From: Kineococcus radiotolerans SRS30216 = ATCC BAA-149
Lineage (GTDB): Bacteria; Actinomycetota; Actinomycetes; Actinomycetales; Kineococcaceae
Direction: 5' to 3'
Length of the DNA stretch: 32,000 nucleotides
NCBI RefSeq assembly: GCF_000017305.1
Contig: NC_009664.2
Coordinates: forward strand, 4,680,001 to 4,712,000
Shown: positions 18,969 through 26,676 of the stretch, one piece after another
Numbering within the stretch: the first letter of the stretch is position 1
Layout of the letters: each line of letters begins with the position of its first letter
Translations under genes and position numbers: made by a program
The notes under the pieces: model-generated
The model's input: only the letters and a program-made list of their open reading frames with translations
What the model was told of the DNA's origin: nothing
Databases searched by the model: none

Positions 18969-19318
18969 CCCGGTACCAGCATCGTGTAGACGTCGGTGAT
19001 CAGGCCCTTCTCGACGATGGCGATGTCCGCACCGCGCACCACCGGGTCCTGGCCCTCGGGACCGAACTGCCAGGCCAGGTACCCCAGGTCCTGCACGACG
19101 TGGACCGGCCCGCCGGGGCTGAAGACGAAGCCCGGCGATTCGTCGAGCAGCCGTTGGGCCTTCTCGTGGAGGGCCTGGTGACCCACCACCGTCTCGTCCG
19201 GGTCGGCGAACCTGACGCCGGGCACGTAGACGCGCTCGATGGCCGCCCACCGCCGTTCGGGGTCCCGCTCGGCGAAGACCTCCAGGAGGTTGGCGTGCAT
19301 GAGTTCCTCGACCGTCAC
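18965..19318 (-). CDS. SnoaL-like / NTF2-family small protein
   Basis: GTG 19318 lies 5 nt after GGAGGAG. The 117-aa product (VTVEELMHANLLEVFAERDPERRWAAIERVY...) has the size and pattern of NTF2-fold proteins. It is the only plausible coding part of the 410-aa track ORF 18965..20197. Confidence 0.7.
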   Translation of the reverse strand: MTVEELMHANLLEVFAERDPERRWAAIERVYVPGVRFADPDETVVGHQALHEKAQRLLDESPGFVFSPGGPVHVVQDLGYLAWQFGPEGQDPVVRGADIAIVEKGLITDVYTMLVPG

Positions 19319-19407
19319 CGGTGCTCCTCCGCTGCTCGTCCAGCCACCAGCGTCCAGACAACGCGCTGGGGGACGACCACCACCGTGCCCCGGACGAGGG
19401 CGAGTCA

Positions 19408-19422
19408 CATCCGTCACGTGAC
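19408..19422 (-). promoter_or_regulatory. CACGTG-core motif copy D (GTCACGTGACGGATG on minus strand)
   Basis: It sits in the divergent region between the SnoaL operon (start 19318) and LAL paralogue 2. An extra GTCAC half-site lies at 19404-19408. Confidence 0.4.
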
Positions 19423-19492
19423 TGCAGGCGCGGTGGGCGAGACGCCGGATCGTTGCGCCGGGCCCACCGGGATGGCACCCTGACGCGGGCTC

Positions 19493-22438
19493 GTGGCGGT
19501 GGTCGACTCCACCGGGCATGAGCCGCGGGGCCGACGCGGGGTCGTCGCCCCGGTGGGTCCCCGTCGTGATCTCCACGCTCGGGCGCAGGCGCAGGGGTGG
19601 GCAGTGATCGGGCGCGAGCGGGAACTGGCTCGGCTGCGTGAGCTGCTCGGTTCGGTCGCGACCTCCGGTGCCGGCGAGGTGGTCGTGGTCGAGGGCGAGG
19701 CCGGCATCGGCAAGACGACCCTGGTCGCCGTCCTCACCGACGCGGCTGCCGCGGCGGGCTTCCAGACGCTGCGGTGCTCCGGTTTCCAGCGCGGTGCCCT
19801 GGCAGGTTTCGCCGCGCTGCACGAGCTGGTGCACCCGGTGCTGGACCGGGTCTTCGCGCTGCCCCCTCGCCAGCGTGCGGCGCTGCTGACCGCGCTGGGC
19901 CTGCAGGAGGGTCCCGCGCCCGACCGGCTGCTCATCGCCCTGGCGGTGCTGGGGCTGGTGGAGGAGGTGGCCGCCACCCGGCCGCTGCTGCTCGTCGTGG
20001 AAGACGCCCAGTGGTTGGACGTCTCCAGCGCCGAGGTCATCGGTTTCGTCGCCCGCCGCTTGGGCGTCGCCCGGGCCCTGCTGCTCGCCAGCGCCCGCAC
20101 CGACCGCGGCGAGGCTTCCTCGCCGGAGAGCGGCAGCGAGGTCCTGGAGTCCGCGGCGACCGTGAGGGTGCTGCTGCAGCCGTTGTCCCGGCACCATTCC
20201 GAGGAACTGCTGGACGCCGTGGAGGCCGCCGTCGCGCGTGCTCCCGGTGCCGCGGCGCCGTCGCCCCTCACGGCCGAGGCGCGCCGACGCGTCCTGGACG
20301 AGGCCGGCGGCAACCCCCTCGCGCTGCGTGAGCTGACAGCCGCCCTGCGCGCCCGCGACACGGGCCAGCGTCTCCCCGCCACGGCACCGCTACCGACCAC
20401 CCGCCGCCTAGAGGCCGCCTTCCTCGGCGAGGTGGCCGATCTGCCGGCCGCCAGCCGCACGCTGCTGCTGCTGGCGGCCGCCGGGGAGGGCGAACGCCTG
20501 TCGGAGCTGCTGGACGCCGGTCAGCGGCTCGGTGTGCTCATCCAGGACCTCACACCGCTCGAGCGGGCCGACCTGGTGAGCGTCGTGCGGGACCGGTTGA
20601 GGTTGCGCCACCCCCTGCTGCGCTCAGCCGTCTACGGCGCGGTCTCCTCCCTCGAGCGAGCCGAGGCGCACCGGGCCCTGGCCGCGACCACCGGCGACAG
20701 CGGTCGTGCCGCCTGGCACCGGGCCGCGGCCACGGTGGCGCCCGACGAGTCCGTGGCCGCCGAGCTCGAGACCGCGGCCGCGCAGGCGGCCGGGCGCGGG
20801 GCGCGAGCCGAGGCGGCCACCGCCCTGCACCGGGCCGCTGAGCTGTCTCCGGTGGTGGACGAGCGGGTGAGGCTTCTGGTGCAGGCGGCGGAGCTGGCCC
20901 GCCAGGCGGGCAACCTGGCCCAGGCCGATCAGGTCCTCGCCGAGGCGGCAGCATTGCCGATGTCGCCGCGGCGCCGCTTCGAGTGGGCGCAGTCCCGGGC
21001 GCTGGTGAGCACCTACCTGGGCCGGGAGCACAGCAGCACCGCCGACCAGCTCGCGTACGCCCAAGCGCTGGGGGGAGCCAGTGGTGCTGAGCATCCCGAG
21101 CAGCGCGCTGCAGTCCTCGTGGCCGCGGCGTTCCACGCCAGCAACCACGTCAACTCCGACACCAGCAGCGAGGTGGCGCTGCGCCGGGCCGTGCACGACC
21201 AGTTGGCTGCGATCGACCTGGGGCGTCGGGACGCCGCTCAGCAGCTGGGGCTGGCAGTGCTCGACCCGCTGGCGCACGCAGGGTTGGTCCGCCCCACCCT
21301 GCCGGCAATGCTCTCCCGCGCACCCGGTGACTCCCTGCTGTCCCTGCTCACCCTCGCCCAGGCGGCCGAGCTGCTGCAAGACCTGCCGACGGCGCGCCGT
21401 GCCCGCGCGCTGGCGGCCGAGGAGCTGCAGCGCCTGGGCTCACCGAGCGATGTCGTCCACGCGCTGAGTGGCCTGGCCCTCCTGGAGGTGATCGCCGGGC
21501 AGCTGCCCGACGCCCTCCAGCACGCCGAGCAGGCACGGCGCACGGCCCTCGATCTCGGTCTGCCGCTGGTCGCGGCGCTGGCCGGGGCCAGCACCGTCCA
21601 GGTGTACCTGTGGACCGGCCGCCGCCCGGAGGCGGCTACCGTGCTGCAGTCCAGCCGTGCGCTGTTGGCGGGCGCGGGCGTCGAACGCGTCCCCGCTGGC
21701 CTGGCCTGGGCCTCGGGCCTGCTGGCGATGGACCAGCGCCGCTACTCCGATGCCCTCACCGACCTGCACGGCACCTCCAGGCACCCGGTCTTCGAGCAGT
21801 GGGCGATCGCGGACCTCACCGAGGCAGCGGTGCGCAGCGGAGAGCCGGAGGTCGCCCACCCGGTCCTTGCCCGGGTCGGCCGGGCCGCCGAGGTGCTGGG
21901 TTCGGCGCACCTGAGCGCCCTGGTCCATCGCAGCCGCGCCCTGTTGGCCGACGGGCACGAGGCGGAAGAGCATTACCGGGCGTCACTGGCCGCCGGCGAG
22001 ACGGGCGGCGTCCTGCTGGAGCAGGCCCGCACCCAGCTGATCTACGGTGAGTGGCTGCGCCGTGCACGGAGGGTACTGGAGGCCCGTGAGCAGCTAAGCG
22101 CGGCGCTGCGCACCTTCGAGGCCGCGGGCGTCGGGGCCGGTTCGCTGGCGCAGCGCGCTGGTGCCGAGCTGCGCGCGGCGGGCAGCGTGCCTGCGACCCG
22201 CCCAGCGCCCGAACGTCCGCTGGCGTCGCTCACCTCGATGCTGACCGCGCAGGAACTGCAGATCGTGCGGCTGGCCGCGCAGGGGCTGACGAACAAGGAG
22301 ATCGCCGATCGGGTCTACCTCTCGCATCGCACCGTAGGCAGTCACCTGTACCGCGTCTTCCCCAAGCTCGGCGTCGCCAACCGACACCAGCTGCGCGAAA
22401 TCCTGGAGCGTACGGACCTTGCGCTGCCCAATCGGTGA
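19493..22438 (+). CDS. LAL-family (MalT-like, large ATP-binding LuxR) transcriptional regulator, paralogue 2
   Basis: Walker A is GEAGIGKT and Walker B is LLLVVEDAQWLD. The C-terminal LuxR HTH is LTAQELQIVRLAAQGLTNKEIADRVYLSHRTVGSHLYRVFPKLGV. Long nucleotide runs are identical to paralogue 1. The conserved block starts at GTG 19604 (VIGRERELA), so the start is uncertain (19493-19604). Confidence 0.9.
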   Translation: MAVVDSTGHEPRGRRGVVAPVGPRRDLHARAQAQGWAVIGRERELARLRELLGSVATSGAGEVVVVEGEAGIGKTTLVAVLTDAAAAAGFQTLRCSGFQRGALAGFAALHELVHPVLDRVFALPPRQRAALLTALGLQEGPAPDRLLIALAVLGLVEEVAATRPLLLVVEDAQWLDVSSAEVIGFVARRLGVARALLLASARTDRGEASSPESGSEVLESAATVRVLLQPLSRHHSEELLDAVEAAVARAPGAAAPSPLTAEARRRVLDEAGGNPLALRELTAALRARDTGQRLPATAPLPTTRRLEAAFLGEVADLPAASRTLLLLAAAGEGERLSELLDAGQRLGVLIQDLTPLERADLVSVVRDRLRLRHPLLRSAVYGAVSSLERAEAHRALAATTGDSGRAAWHRAAATVAPDESVAAELETAAAQAAGRGARAEAATALHRAAELSPVVDERVRLLVQAAELARQAGNLAQADQVLAEAAALPMSPRRRFEWAQSRALVSTYLGREHSSTADQLAYAQALGGASGAEHPEQRAAVLVAAAFHASNHVNSDTSSEVALRRAVHDQLAAIDLGRRDAAQQLGLAVLDPLAHAGLVRPTLPAMLSRAPGDSLLSLLTLAQAAELLQDLPTARRARALAAEELQRLGSPSDVVHALSGLALLEVIAGQLPDALQHAEQARRTALDLGLPLVAALAGASTVQVYLWTGRRPEAATVLQSSRALLAGAGVERVPAGLAWASGLLAMDQRRYSDALTDLHGTSRHPVFEQWAIADLTEAAVRSGEPEVAHPVLARVGRAAEVLGSAHLSALVHRSRALLADGHEAEEHYRASLAAGETGGVLLEQARTQLIYGEWLRRARRVLEAREQLSAALRTFEAAGVGAGSLAQRAGAELRAAGSVPATRPAPERPLASLTSMLTAQELQIVRLAAQGLTNKEIADRVYLSHRTVGSHLYRVFPKLGVANRHQLREILERTDLALPNR

Positions 22439-22481
22439 GGCCGGTCACCGCTGGTCGTGCGCCTGAGATCACGCGCAGATC

Positions 22482-22495
22482 GCGGGATGACCGTG
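22482..22495 (+). repeat. Array repeat copy 1: GCGGGATGACCGTG
   Basis: Exact core, preceded by acGCGCagatc. It lies 44 nt after the LAL stop. GATGAC (22486-91) pairs with GTCATC (22498-503). Confidence 0.9.
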
Positions 22496-22534
22496 AAGTC
22501 ATCGAAGGGGGCTGCGGTGCCGACGGTTACGGCA

Positions 22535-22540
22535 TAGCGT
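22535..22540 (+). promoter_or_regulatory. Candidate -10 hexamer TAGCGT for leaderless transcript of 22547 gene
   Basis: A TANNNT hexamer followed by exactly 6 nt and then ATG 22547. No Shine-Dalgarno sequence is present. Confidence 0.4.
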
Positions 22541-22546
22541 GCCGGG

Positions 22547-23086
22547 ATGCCTTCTGGACAGTCACTGGGGTGGGACCCCCACCAGCAAGAGCTCTGGGGA
22601 GTGATCGCACCAGGCCGCGACCCTGAGGACCAGCGGCGCACCTTCGAGCTCACGCGTGACGAGAGCTCCATCACCTGGGGGATGGACACCGGTCGTCTTG
22701 ACTGTGAGTACGAGGTGAGCGTGACGCGCTACCCCAGGGTGATGTTCGACTTCACCTTGTTGGACGACAGCGCCCCAGACAGCTGGCTGGAGCTGGTTGA
22801 GGTGAGTAAGGCCAGTGGCACCTCCATCGGTCTCAACGCCGTCGATGGAGCTGCAGTGGGTTCGGGGGGAGTCGGGGTGGAGCTTGAAGACGACCTGGGC
22901 ACGTTGTACAGCGCTGCCACGAACCACGTCGGGTCGGACTACGGGTTGATCTTTCGTCCGCGTCCACCGGCGGCAGCAAGTGAGTTGCGCATCTCGGTCG
23001 TTCAGGGTGAGCGGGTGCTCGCGCGGTACGTCGCTGACCTCACTCGTCCCCAACCGGTCCGCTCTGGCCTGGAAGCCACGCCCTGA
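22547..23086 (+). CDS. Hypothetical protein (cassette 1), no recognised family
   Basis: The 179-aa ORF has protein-like composition (W, F, Y, D and E present), unlike the overlapping antisense ORFs. Confidence 0.6.
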   Translation: MPSGQSLGWDPHQQELWGVIAPGRDPEDQRRTFELTRDESSITWGMDTGRLDCEYEVSVTRYPRVMFDFTLLDDSAPDSWLELVEVSKASGTSIGLNAVDGAAVGSGGVGVELEDDLGTLYSAATNHVGSDYGLIFRPRPPAAASELRISVVQGERVLARYVADLTRPQPVRSGLEATP

Positions 23087-23115
23087 GCGCGCACCACCCG
23101 AGCAGCGCGCGGATC

Positions 23116-23129
23116 GCGGGATGACCGTG
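23116..23129 (+). repeat. Array repeat copy 2: GCGGGATGACCGTG
   Basis: Exact core within GCGCGCGGATCGCGGGATGACCGTGCGTTC (23105-23134). An extra GCGCGCACCAC left-half sits right after the stop of the previous gene. Confidence 0.9.
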
Positions 23130-23177
23130 CGTTCCGCACTATGGCTCGACCAGACGTAGGGGCAGACCCCCGTGCGG

Positions 23178-24569
23178 TCAGGCTGCGGGAGACATGAGGT
23201 CAGGTAGGTGCTCGGCGACCCAAGCGGTGAGCTCGGGATTGGTGCTGGGCCAGCGTCGGCGTAGTCGCTGAATCTCGGCGGCAGCATCGAGGTGCTCGCG
23301 GTGCCGCCACAGGAAGTCCAGCAGCTCCAAACCCCACGGAGGATCCAGCAGCGGTCCAGACCGGCCATCGACGCGGGCAGGAGTGTGCTTCGACTTCACC
23401 ACCAGCTTCAGCGCACCCACCGCGGCCGGAACATCGTCTGCTGTGCCGTAGCGGGCGATGAGGTCCGTGGCGAACCGGCGCGCGGGCAGTGATCGCTCGA
23501 GAAGGAGCCGCTCCCACACCGCCCTGGCCACCGCCGGCCCACCCCGCAGGACGAGGTGGTGCATCGCACCCAGACGCACTTCCAGGCTCGCCGAGTGGCT
23601 CAGCTGCTCCAGCGCCTGCTGCACCGTCACCGTGCTGGGGCAGCGTCCGAGCACGTCGACCGCGTCGCTGGTCACGATCGCAGCGCTGGCGCCCTTCTTG
23701 GCGTCGTGACTCAAGGCGACCTCGGCCACGACAGCGGCAGTGGTCTCGCTCAACGGGCCCGGTAGCACCGTGAGGATCTTCAGGACCGGCCAATGCAGGT
23801 CGCGGCAGGGGCTGGCCAGCAGCTCGGTGAGCACCTGCTGATCCAGGGGCGGAACAGGCCAGAACTGGGCGTCGAACCAGCGCGCGACCGGGGTCACCGC
23901 ATCCTCGACGGCGTTGACGAGGTTGGCGACGTACTCCGGTGCCCGGGTGCGGGCCGGGGCGGTCGCCAGTGCTGCGCGCAGCTGATCGAGGGCGACGTGC
24001 AGCACCTGCTGGCACAGGGCTTCGTCGGGGGTGTTGCGCAAGGCGAAGACGCAGGTGTAGGCCGCGTTGCGGCGAAGCTGCAGCGAGGCGGCGGGGTTGG
24101 TGACGATGTCCAGCAGTTGCTGCACGATGCGCGGTCCGCCGATCGCGAACATCGTCGGGGAGCTCGTGAAGCTGTAGGGGTTGGGGTCTGGACCGCCGAT
24201 CAGCTGCTGCAGCCAGATGTCGCTGACGGTCTCGATGACGTCCAACGGCCGGGCGAGCAGTACCTGCACTCCGGCGTCCGCCAGCCGCAGGCTGGGGCGG
24301 ATCACGGCGACCGGACGATGGTGGTGATCGACCTCCACGCAGAAGAGCGCCGTCTGTCCCTGGACGTGGGCCTCAGTGCGGCGCAGCACCTCTTCATCGG
24401 CGTCGAGGGCGGCGGCGGCCAGCTCTGCGTCGTCGGCAGCGACGGTGATCTTCACTCGGGACGGGAGGTGGTCGCCCATCAGGGATGCGACCCACTCCTC
24501 CGGCCACTGCAATGCCTGCTGCAGTGCCTGCTGCTGCTGTTCCGGAGAGGTCTCAGACTCCGCGCTCAT
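23178..24569 (-). CDS. Hypothetical all-helical (HEAT/ARM-like look) protein (cassette 2, reverse orientation)
   Basis: The 463-aa ORF is Leu/Ala/Val/Asp/Gln-rich with a helical-repeat feel. An SD-like AAGGTG lies 7 nt before ATG 24569. The overlapping + strand ORF 23793..24815 is Gly/Arg-rich antisense shadow. Confidence 0.7.
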   Translation of the reverse strand: MSAESETSPEQQQQALQQALQWPEEWVASLMGDHLPSRVKITVAADDAELAAAALDADEEVLRRTEAHVQGQTALFCVEVDHHHRPVAVIRPSLRLADAGVQVLLARPLDVIETVSDIWLQQLIGGPDPNPYSFTSSPTMFAIGGPRIVQQLLDIVTNPAASLQLRRNAAYTCVFALRNTPDEALCQQVLHVALDQLRAALATAPARTRAPEYVANLVNAVEDAVTPVARWFDAQFWPVPPLDQQVLTELLASPCRDLHWPVLKILTVLPGPLSETTAAVVAEVALSHDAKKGASAAIVTSDAVDVLGRCPSTVTVQQALEQLSHSASLEVRLGAMHHLVLRGGPAVARAVWERLLLERSLPARRFATDLIARYGTADDVPAAVGALKLVVKSKHTPARVDGRSGPLLDPPWGLELLDFLWRHREHLDAAAEIQRLRRRWPSTNPELTAWVAEHLPDLMSPAA

Positions 24570-24735
24570 GGCCTCACACCTTCTTCATCAGCACCTGACT
24601 GCCCGCCGCGGAACGACGGACACACCAACCACCATGCCGCATCCACCTTCGCTACCAAGTGCCGTTCACAGCGCATCACTCGCTCGCTCTTCACCGTGAT
24701 CGCGTCGGCGCCGACAGCTCAGGAGCGCGCACCAC

Positions 24736-24749
24736 GCGGGATGACCGGA
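24736..24749 (+). repeat. Array repeat copy 3: GCGGGATGACCGGA
   Basis: Exact 12-mer GCGGGATGACCG, preceded by GCGCGCACCAC. Confidence 0.9.
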
Positions 24750-24817
24750 CATTCCCCGTGCTGGTCCAGGCGCCCTTCCCCCAGCCGGAGGACGGCTGAC
24801 ACGGTGGAGGGGTGAGC

Positions 24818-25489
24818 GTGCACAGCGAGGACTCCTTCCGATCCCAGCCTTTGAACGGCCTCCCGCTGCCGGCCTCGACCGCGGCCGCCGTGGAGTCGTT
24901 GCTGTCTCCGCGCGGGCGTCCTACCCGAGGTCCGGGCGAGCGGGGCCGGCTGGGGCACTTCGAGCCGATCCCGGAAGAAGCCGCAGCTGAGTGGCTGGGC
25001 TTCGCCCCGCCCACCTTGCCCAGCCTGAGCGGGTCCGGGTTCCGTCGGCACTTCGCACGCCAAGGTGGGCGCGACCTCGTCGCGCGGGCGGACCTGACTC
25101 GTGGCGAGAGTGCCGCGGTCTACGTCTTCTACTTGCCGGCGGGCTCGGCGTGGCGGGAGGAGACGAGGTTCGCCGAAACGCGCCGGGAGGGTCTGACGTT
25201 CTTGTGGCTGCGGGCGGGGTACGGGGTGCCCTGGCCTGAGGAGGAAGGAGGACCGGTGGGAGTGGAGGAGACCGCGACCATTGGTCGTGACCCTGCCAGT
25301 GGTGACTTCCTCACGCTGACGGTGAGCAGTACCCGGGTCGGGGTCCAGTACCAGCGAGGGGTGACTCGCCTGGCGTGGTCGTACCGTTCCCAGGACGCCG
25401 ACTTCAACGTCACGGTGATGAGTGGGCGCTCACCGCGGGCGTCGGTGGAGATGCTGGTGAGCGACCGCGGCGCGCTCTACCTGGGCTGA
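24818..25489 (+). CDS. Hypothetical protein (cassette 3)
   Basis: The track ORF starts at GTG 24812. GTG 24818 sits 7 nt after GGAGG (24806-24810), so I prefer it. No family recognised. Confidence 0.6.
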   Translation: MHSEDSFRSQPLNGLPLPASTAAAVESLLSPRGRPTRGPGERGRLGHFEPIPEEAAAEWLGFAPPTLPSLSGSGFRRHFARQGGRDLVARADLTRGESAAVYVFYLPAGSAWREETRFAETRREGLTFLWLRAGYGVPWPEEEGGPVGVEETATIGRDPASGDFLTLTVSSTRVGVQYQRGVTRLAWSYRSQDADFNVTVMSGRSPRASVEMLVSDRGALYLG

Positions 25490-25547
25490 GACATGCTCCC
25501 TGCGTGAGGAGCTGTCGCATCACCGGTCACCGGAACCCGCCCGAATT

Positions 25548-25561
25548 GCGGGATGACCGTG
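25548..25561 (+). repeat. Array repeat copy 4: GCGGGATGACCGTG
   Basis: Exact core. Upstream CCCGC-N7-GCGGG can pair, and ATGACC pairs with GGTC(G)AT at 25563-25569. Confidence 0.9.
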
Positions 25562-25592
25562 CGGTCGATGCCGCTGCTGGCACGCTGACAGC

Positions 25593-26207
25593 GTGGACGA
25601 GGCGATCATCTACGACGACCAGCCCCCGCCGTTGGGACAGCACTGGCGGGTAACCGTCAAGGCCCAGCTGACGGTGCACGGGGTGCACGGGCGGACACAG
25701 GCGCAAGGTCATCCGGCTCCGCGCACCGTGGTGCAGGTCGCCGATCAGCGGGGCGTGGATGCGGCGGTGACCGCACAGGTCCAGGAGGGACACCACTTCG
25801 CCATCCACGTCGAGTTCCAGGACCCGCAGGTGCCCGCGTGGGATGAGCCGATGCATCCTGCGCTGCGCCGGAGGCTGGAGAAGCAGCGCACGGTTCACTC
25901 GACCTACCTGCAGACCGGAAGATCGCACGTGGTGCAGTCGGGGTTGAACGTCCGGGTGGACTCCGGCGTCGATGCCCGGCTGGGCTGGGTCCTGCCCTCC
26001 CCGCGGCCTGGGGTCGCCTTCATGGGCACCCTGGCTGCCTTCGCGGGCTGGCACCTGCTGGTGCTTACGGGTGCACCGGGCACCTTCAGCTTGCAGGCGC
26101 CGGCGTGGTGGGGGTACGTGGATCGGTCACCGGAGCAGGTCGCACCGGGGCAGGCCCAGCCGGCGGACGGCGCCCTGGTTGTCTCGGTGACCTTTCAGGT
26201 GCCATGA
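25593..26207 (+). CDS. Hypothetical protein with C-terminal hydrophobic segment (cassette 4)
   Basis: The 204-aa ORF starts at GTG 25593 with no SD. A hydrophobic stretch VAFMGTLAAFAGWHLLVL lies near the C-terminus. Confidence 0.55.
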   Translation: MDEAIIYDDQPPPLGQHWRVTVKAQLTVHGVHGRTQAQGHPAPRTVVQVADQRGVDAAVTAQVQEGHHFAIHVEFQDPQVPAWDEPMHPALRRRLEKQRTVHSTYLQTGRSHVVQSGLNVRVDSGVDARLGWVLPSPRPGVAFMGTLAAFAGWHLLVLTGAPGTFSLQAPAWWGYVDRSPEQVAPGQAQPADGALVVSVTFQVP

Positions 26208-26238
26208 CCTGGCGCGCCGGAGGTGTGGTGACCGGATG

Positions 26239-26252
26239 GCGGGATGACCGCG
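26239..26252 (+). repeat. Array repeat copy 5: GCGGGATGACCGCG
   Basis: Exact 12-mer, preceded by GGATg and followed by CGTTC. Confidence 0.9.
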
Positions 26253-26272
26253 CGTTCGGCAAGGCATCGAAG

Positions 26273-26518
26273 CTAGGAGCGGCGACGGAGCCCGCGGGCT
26301 ATGCCGGCTTGGTAGCGGTACAGCAGTGCCTCGCCGAGGGACAAGGCCAGGGAAAGGCCGAAGACGACGGCCGCGGTCGTCAAGCTGCCAGCCCAGGCGC
26401 CGGTGAAGAGGCGGTGTGCTGGCAGAGCAAGAGTAGCGAGCAGGAATGCGAGGGGCACCGCGAGGCGCAGAGTCAGCCGAGCGTTGCTCGGCTGTTCTCG
26501 CTGGGTGCGCGTCCTCAT
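26273..26518 (-). CDS. Small two-TM membrane protein (cassette 5, reverse orientation)
   Basis: The 81-aa ORF has helices LAVPLAFLLATLALPA and LTTAAVVFGLSLALSLGEALL, with basic termini. Confidence 0.5.
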   Translation of the reverse strand: MRTRTQREQPSNARLTLRLAVPLAFLLATLALPAHRLFTGAWAGSLTTAAVVFGLSLALSLGEALLYRYQAGIARGLRRRS

Positions 26519-26524
26519 GGAGTA

Positions 26525-26530
26525 AGGCTA
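26525..26530 (-). promoter_or_regulatory. Candidate -10 hexamer TAGCCT for leaderless transcript of 26518 gene
   Basis: The minus strand reads TAGCCT-tactcc-ATG, i.e. TANNNT plus a 6-nt spacer. Confidence 0.4.
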
Positions 26531-26599
26531 AGGCTCGCTGAGACCATCATGATTGCTTTCGAGCATGAGATGCAGGTGCATGGCCCGATCGCGCGGACG

Positions 26600-26613
26600 G
26601 CGGGATGACCGGA
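26600..26613 (+). repeat. Array repeat copy 6: GCGGGATGACCGGA
   Basis: Exact 12-mer, preceded by GCGCGGAcg. The ATG inside it is the artefactual start of track ORF 26605. Confidence 0.9.
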
Positions 26614-26676
26614 AGGTTGTCTACAGCGGTGCGGGGACGCGTAGTTCGGGCCGTGCGTTTGTGCAAGGCTCCGAAG

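Noticed and set aside
18969-19478. N-terminal 170 aa of the 620-aa track ORF 17616..19478
   Set aside because: The sequence is Arg/Gly/Pro-rich and overlaps the RBS-supported NTF2 gene 18965..19318 in another frame. The GTG at 18968 with a GTGA overlap is a far better start.
19319-20460. Long minus-strand ORFs 18965..20197 (upstream part) and 19414..20460
   Set aside because: Both are antisense to LAL paralogue 2 with shadow-type composition. Only the last 117 codons of the first ORF look like a real gene.
23793-24815. 340-aa + strand ORF inside cassette 2, which would make the cassette co-oriented with the repeat
   Set aside because: It is Gly/Arg/Val-rich, antisense-type sequence. The minus-strand 463-aa ORF has normal composition and an SD sequence.
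26605-26676. Track start of ORF 26605..27540 at the ATG within repeat copy 6
   Set aside because: The first 24 codons would be encoded by the repeat and its flank. ATG 26677 downstream of the repeat is more plausible, although the longer form cannot be excluded.
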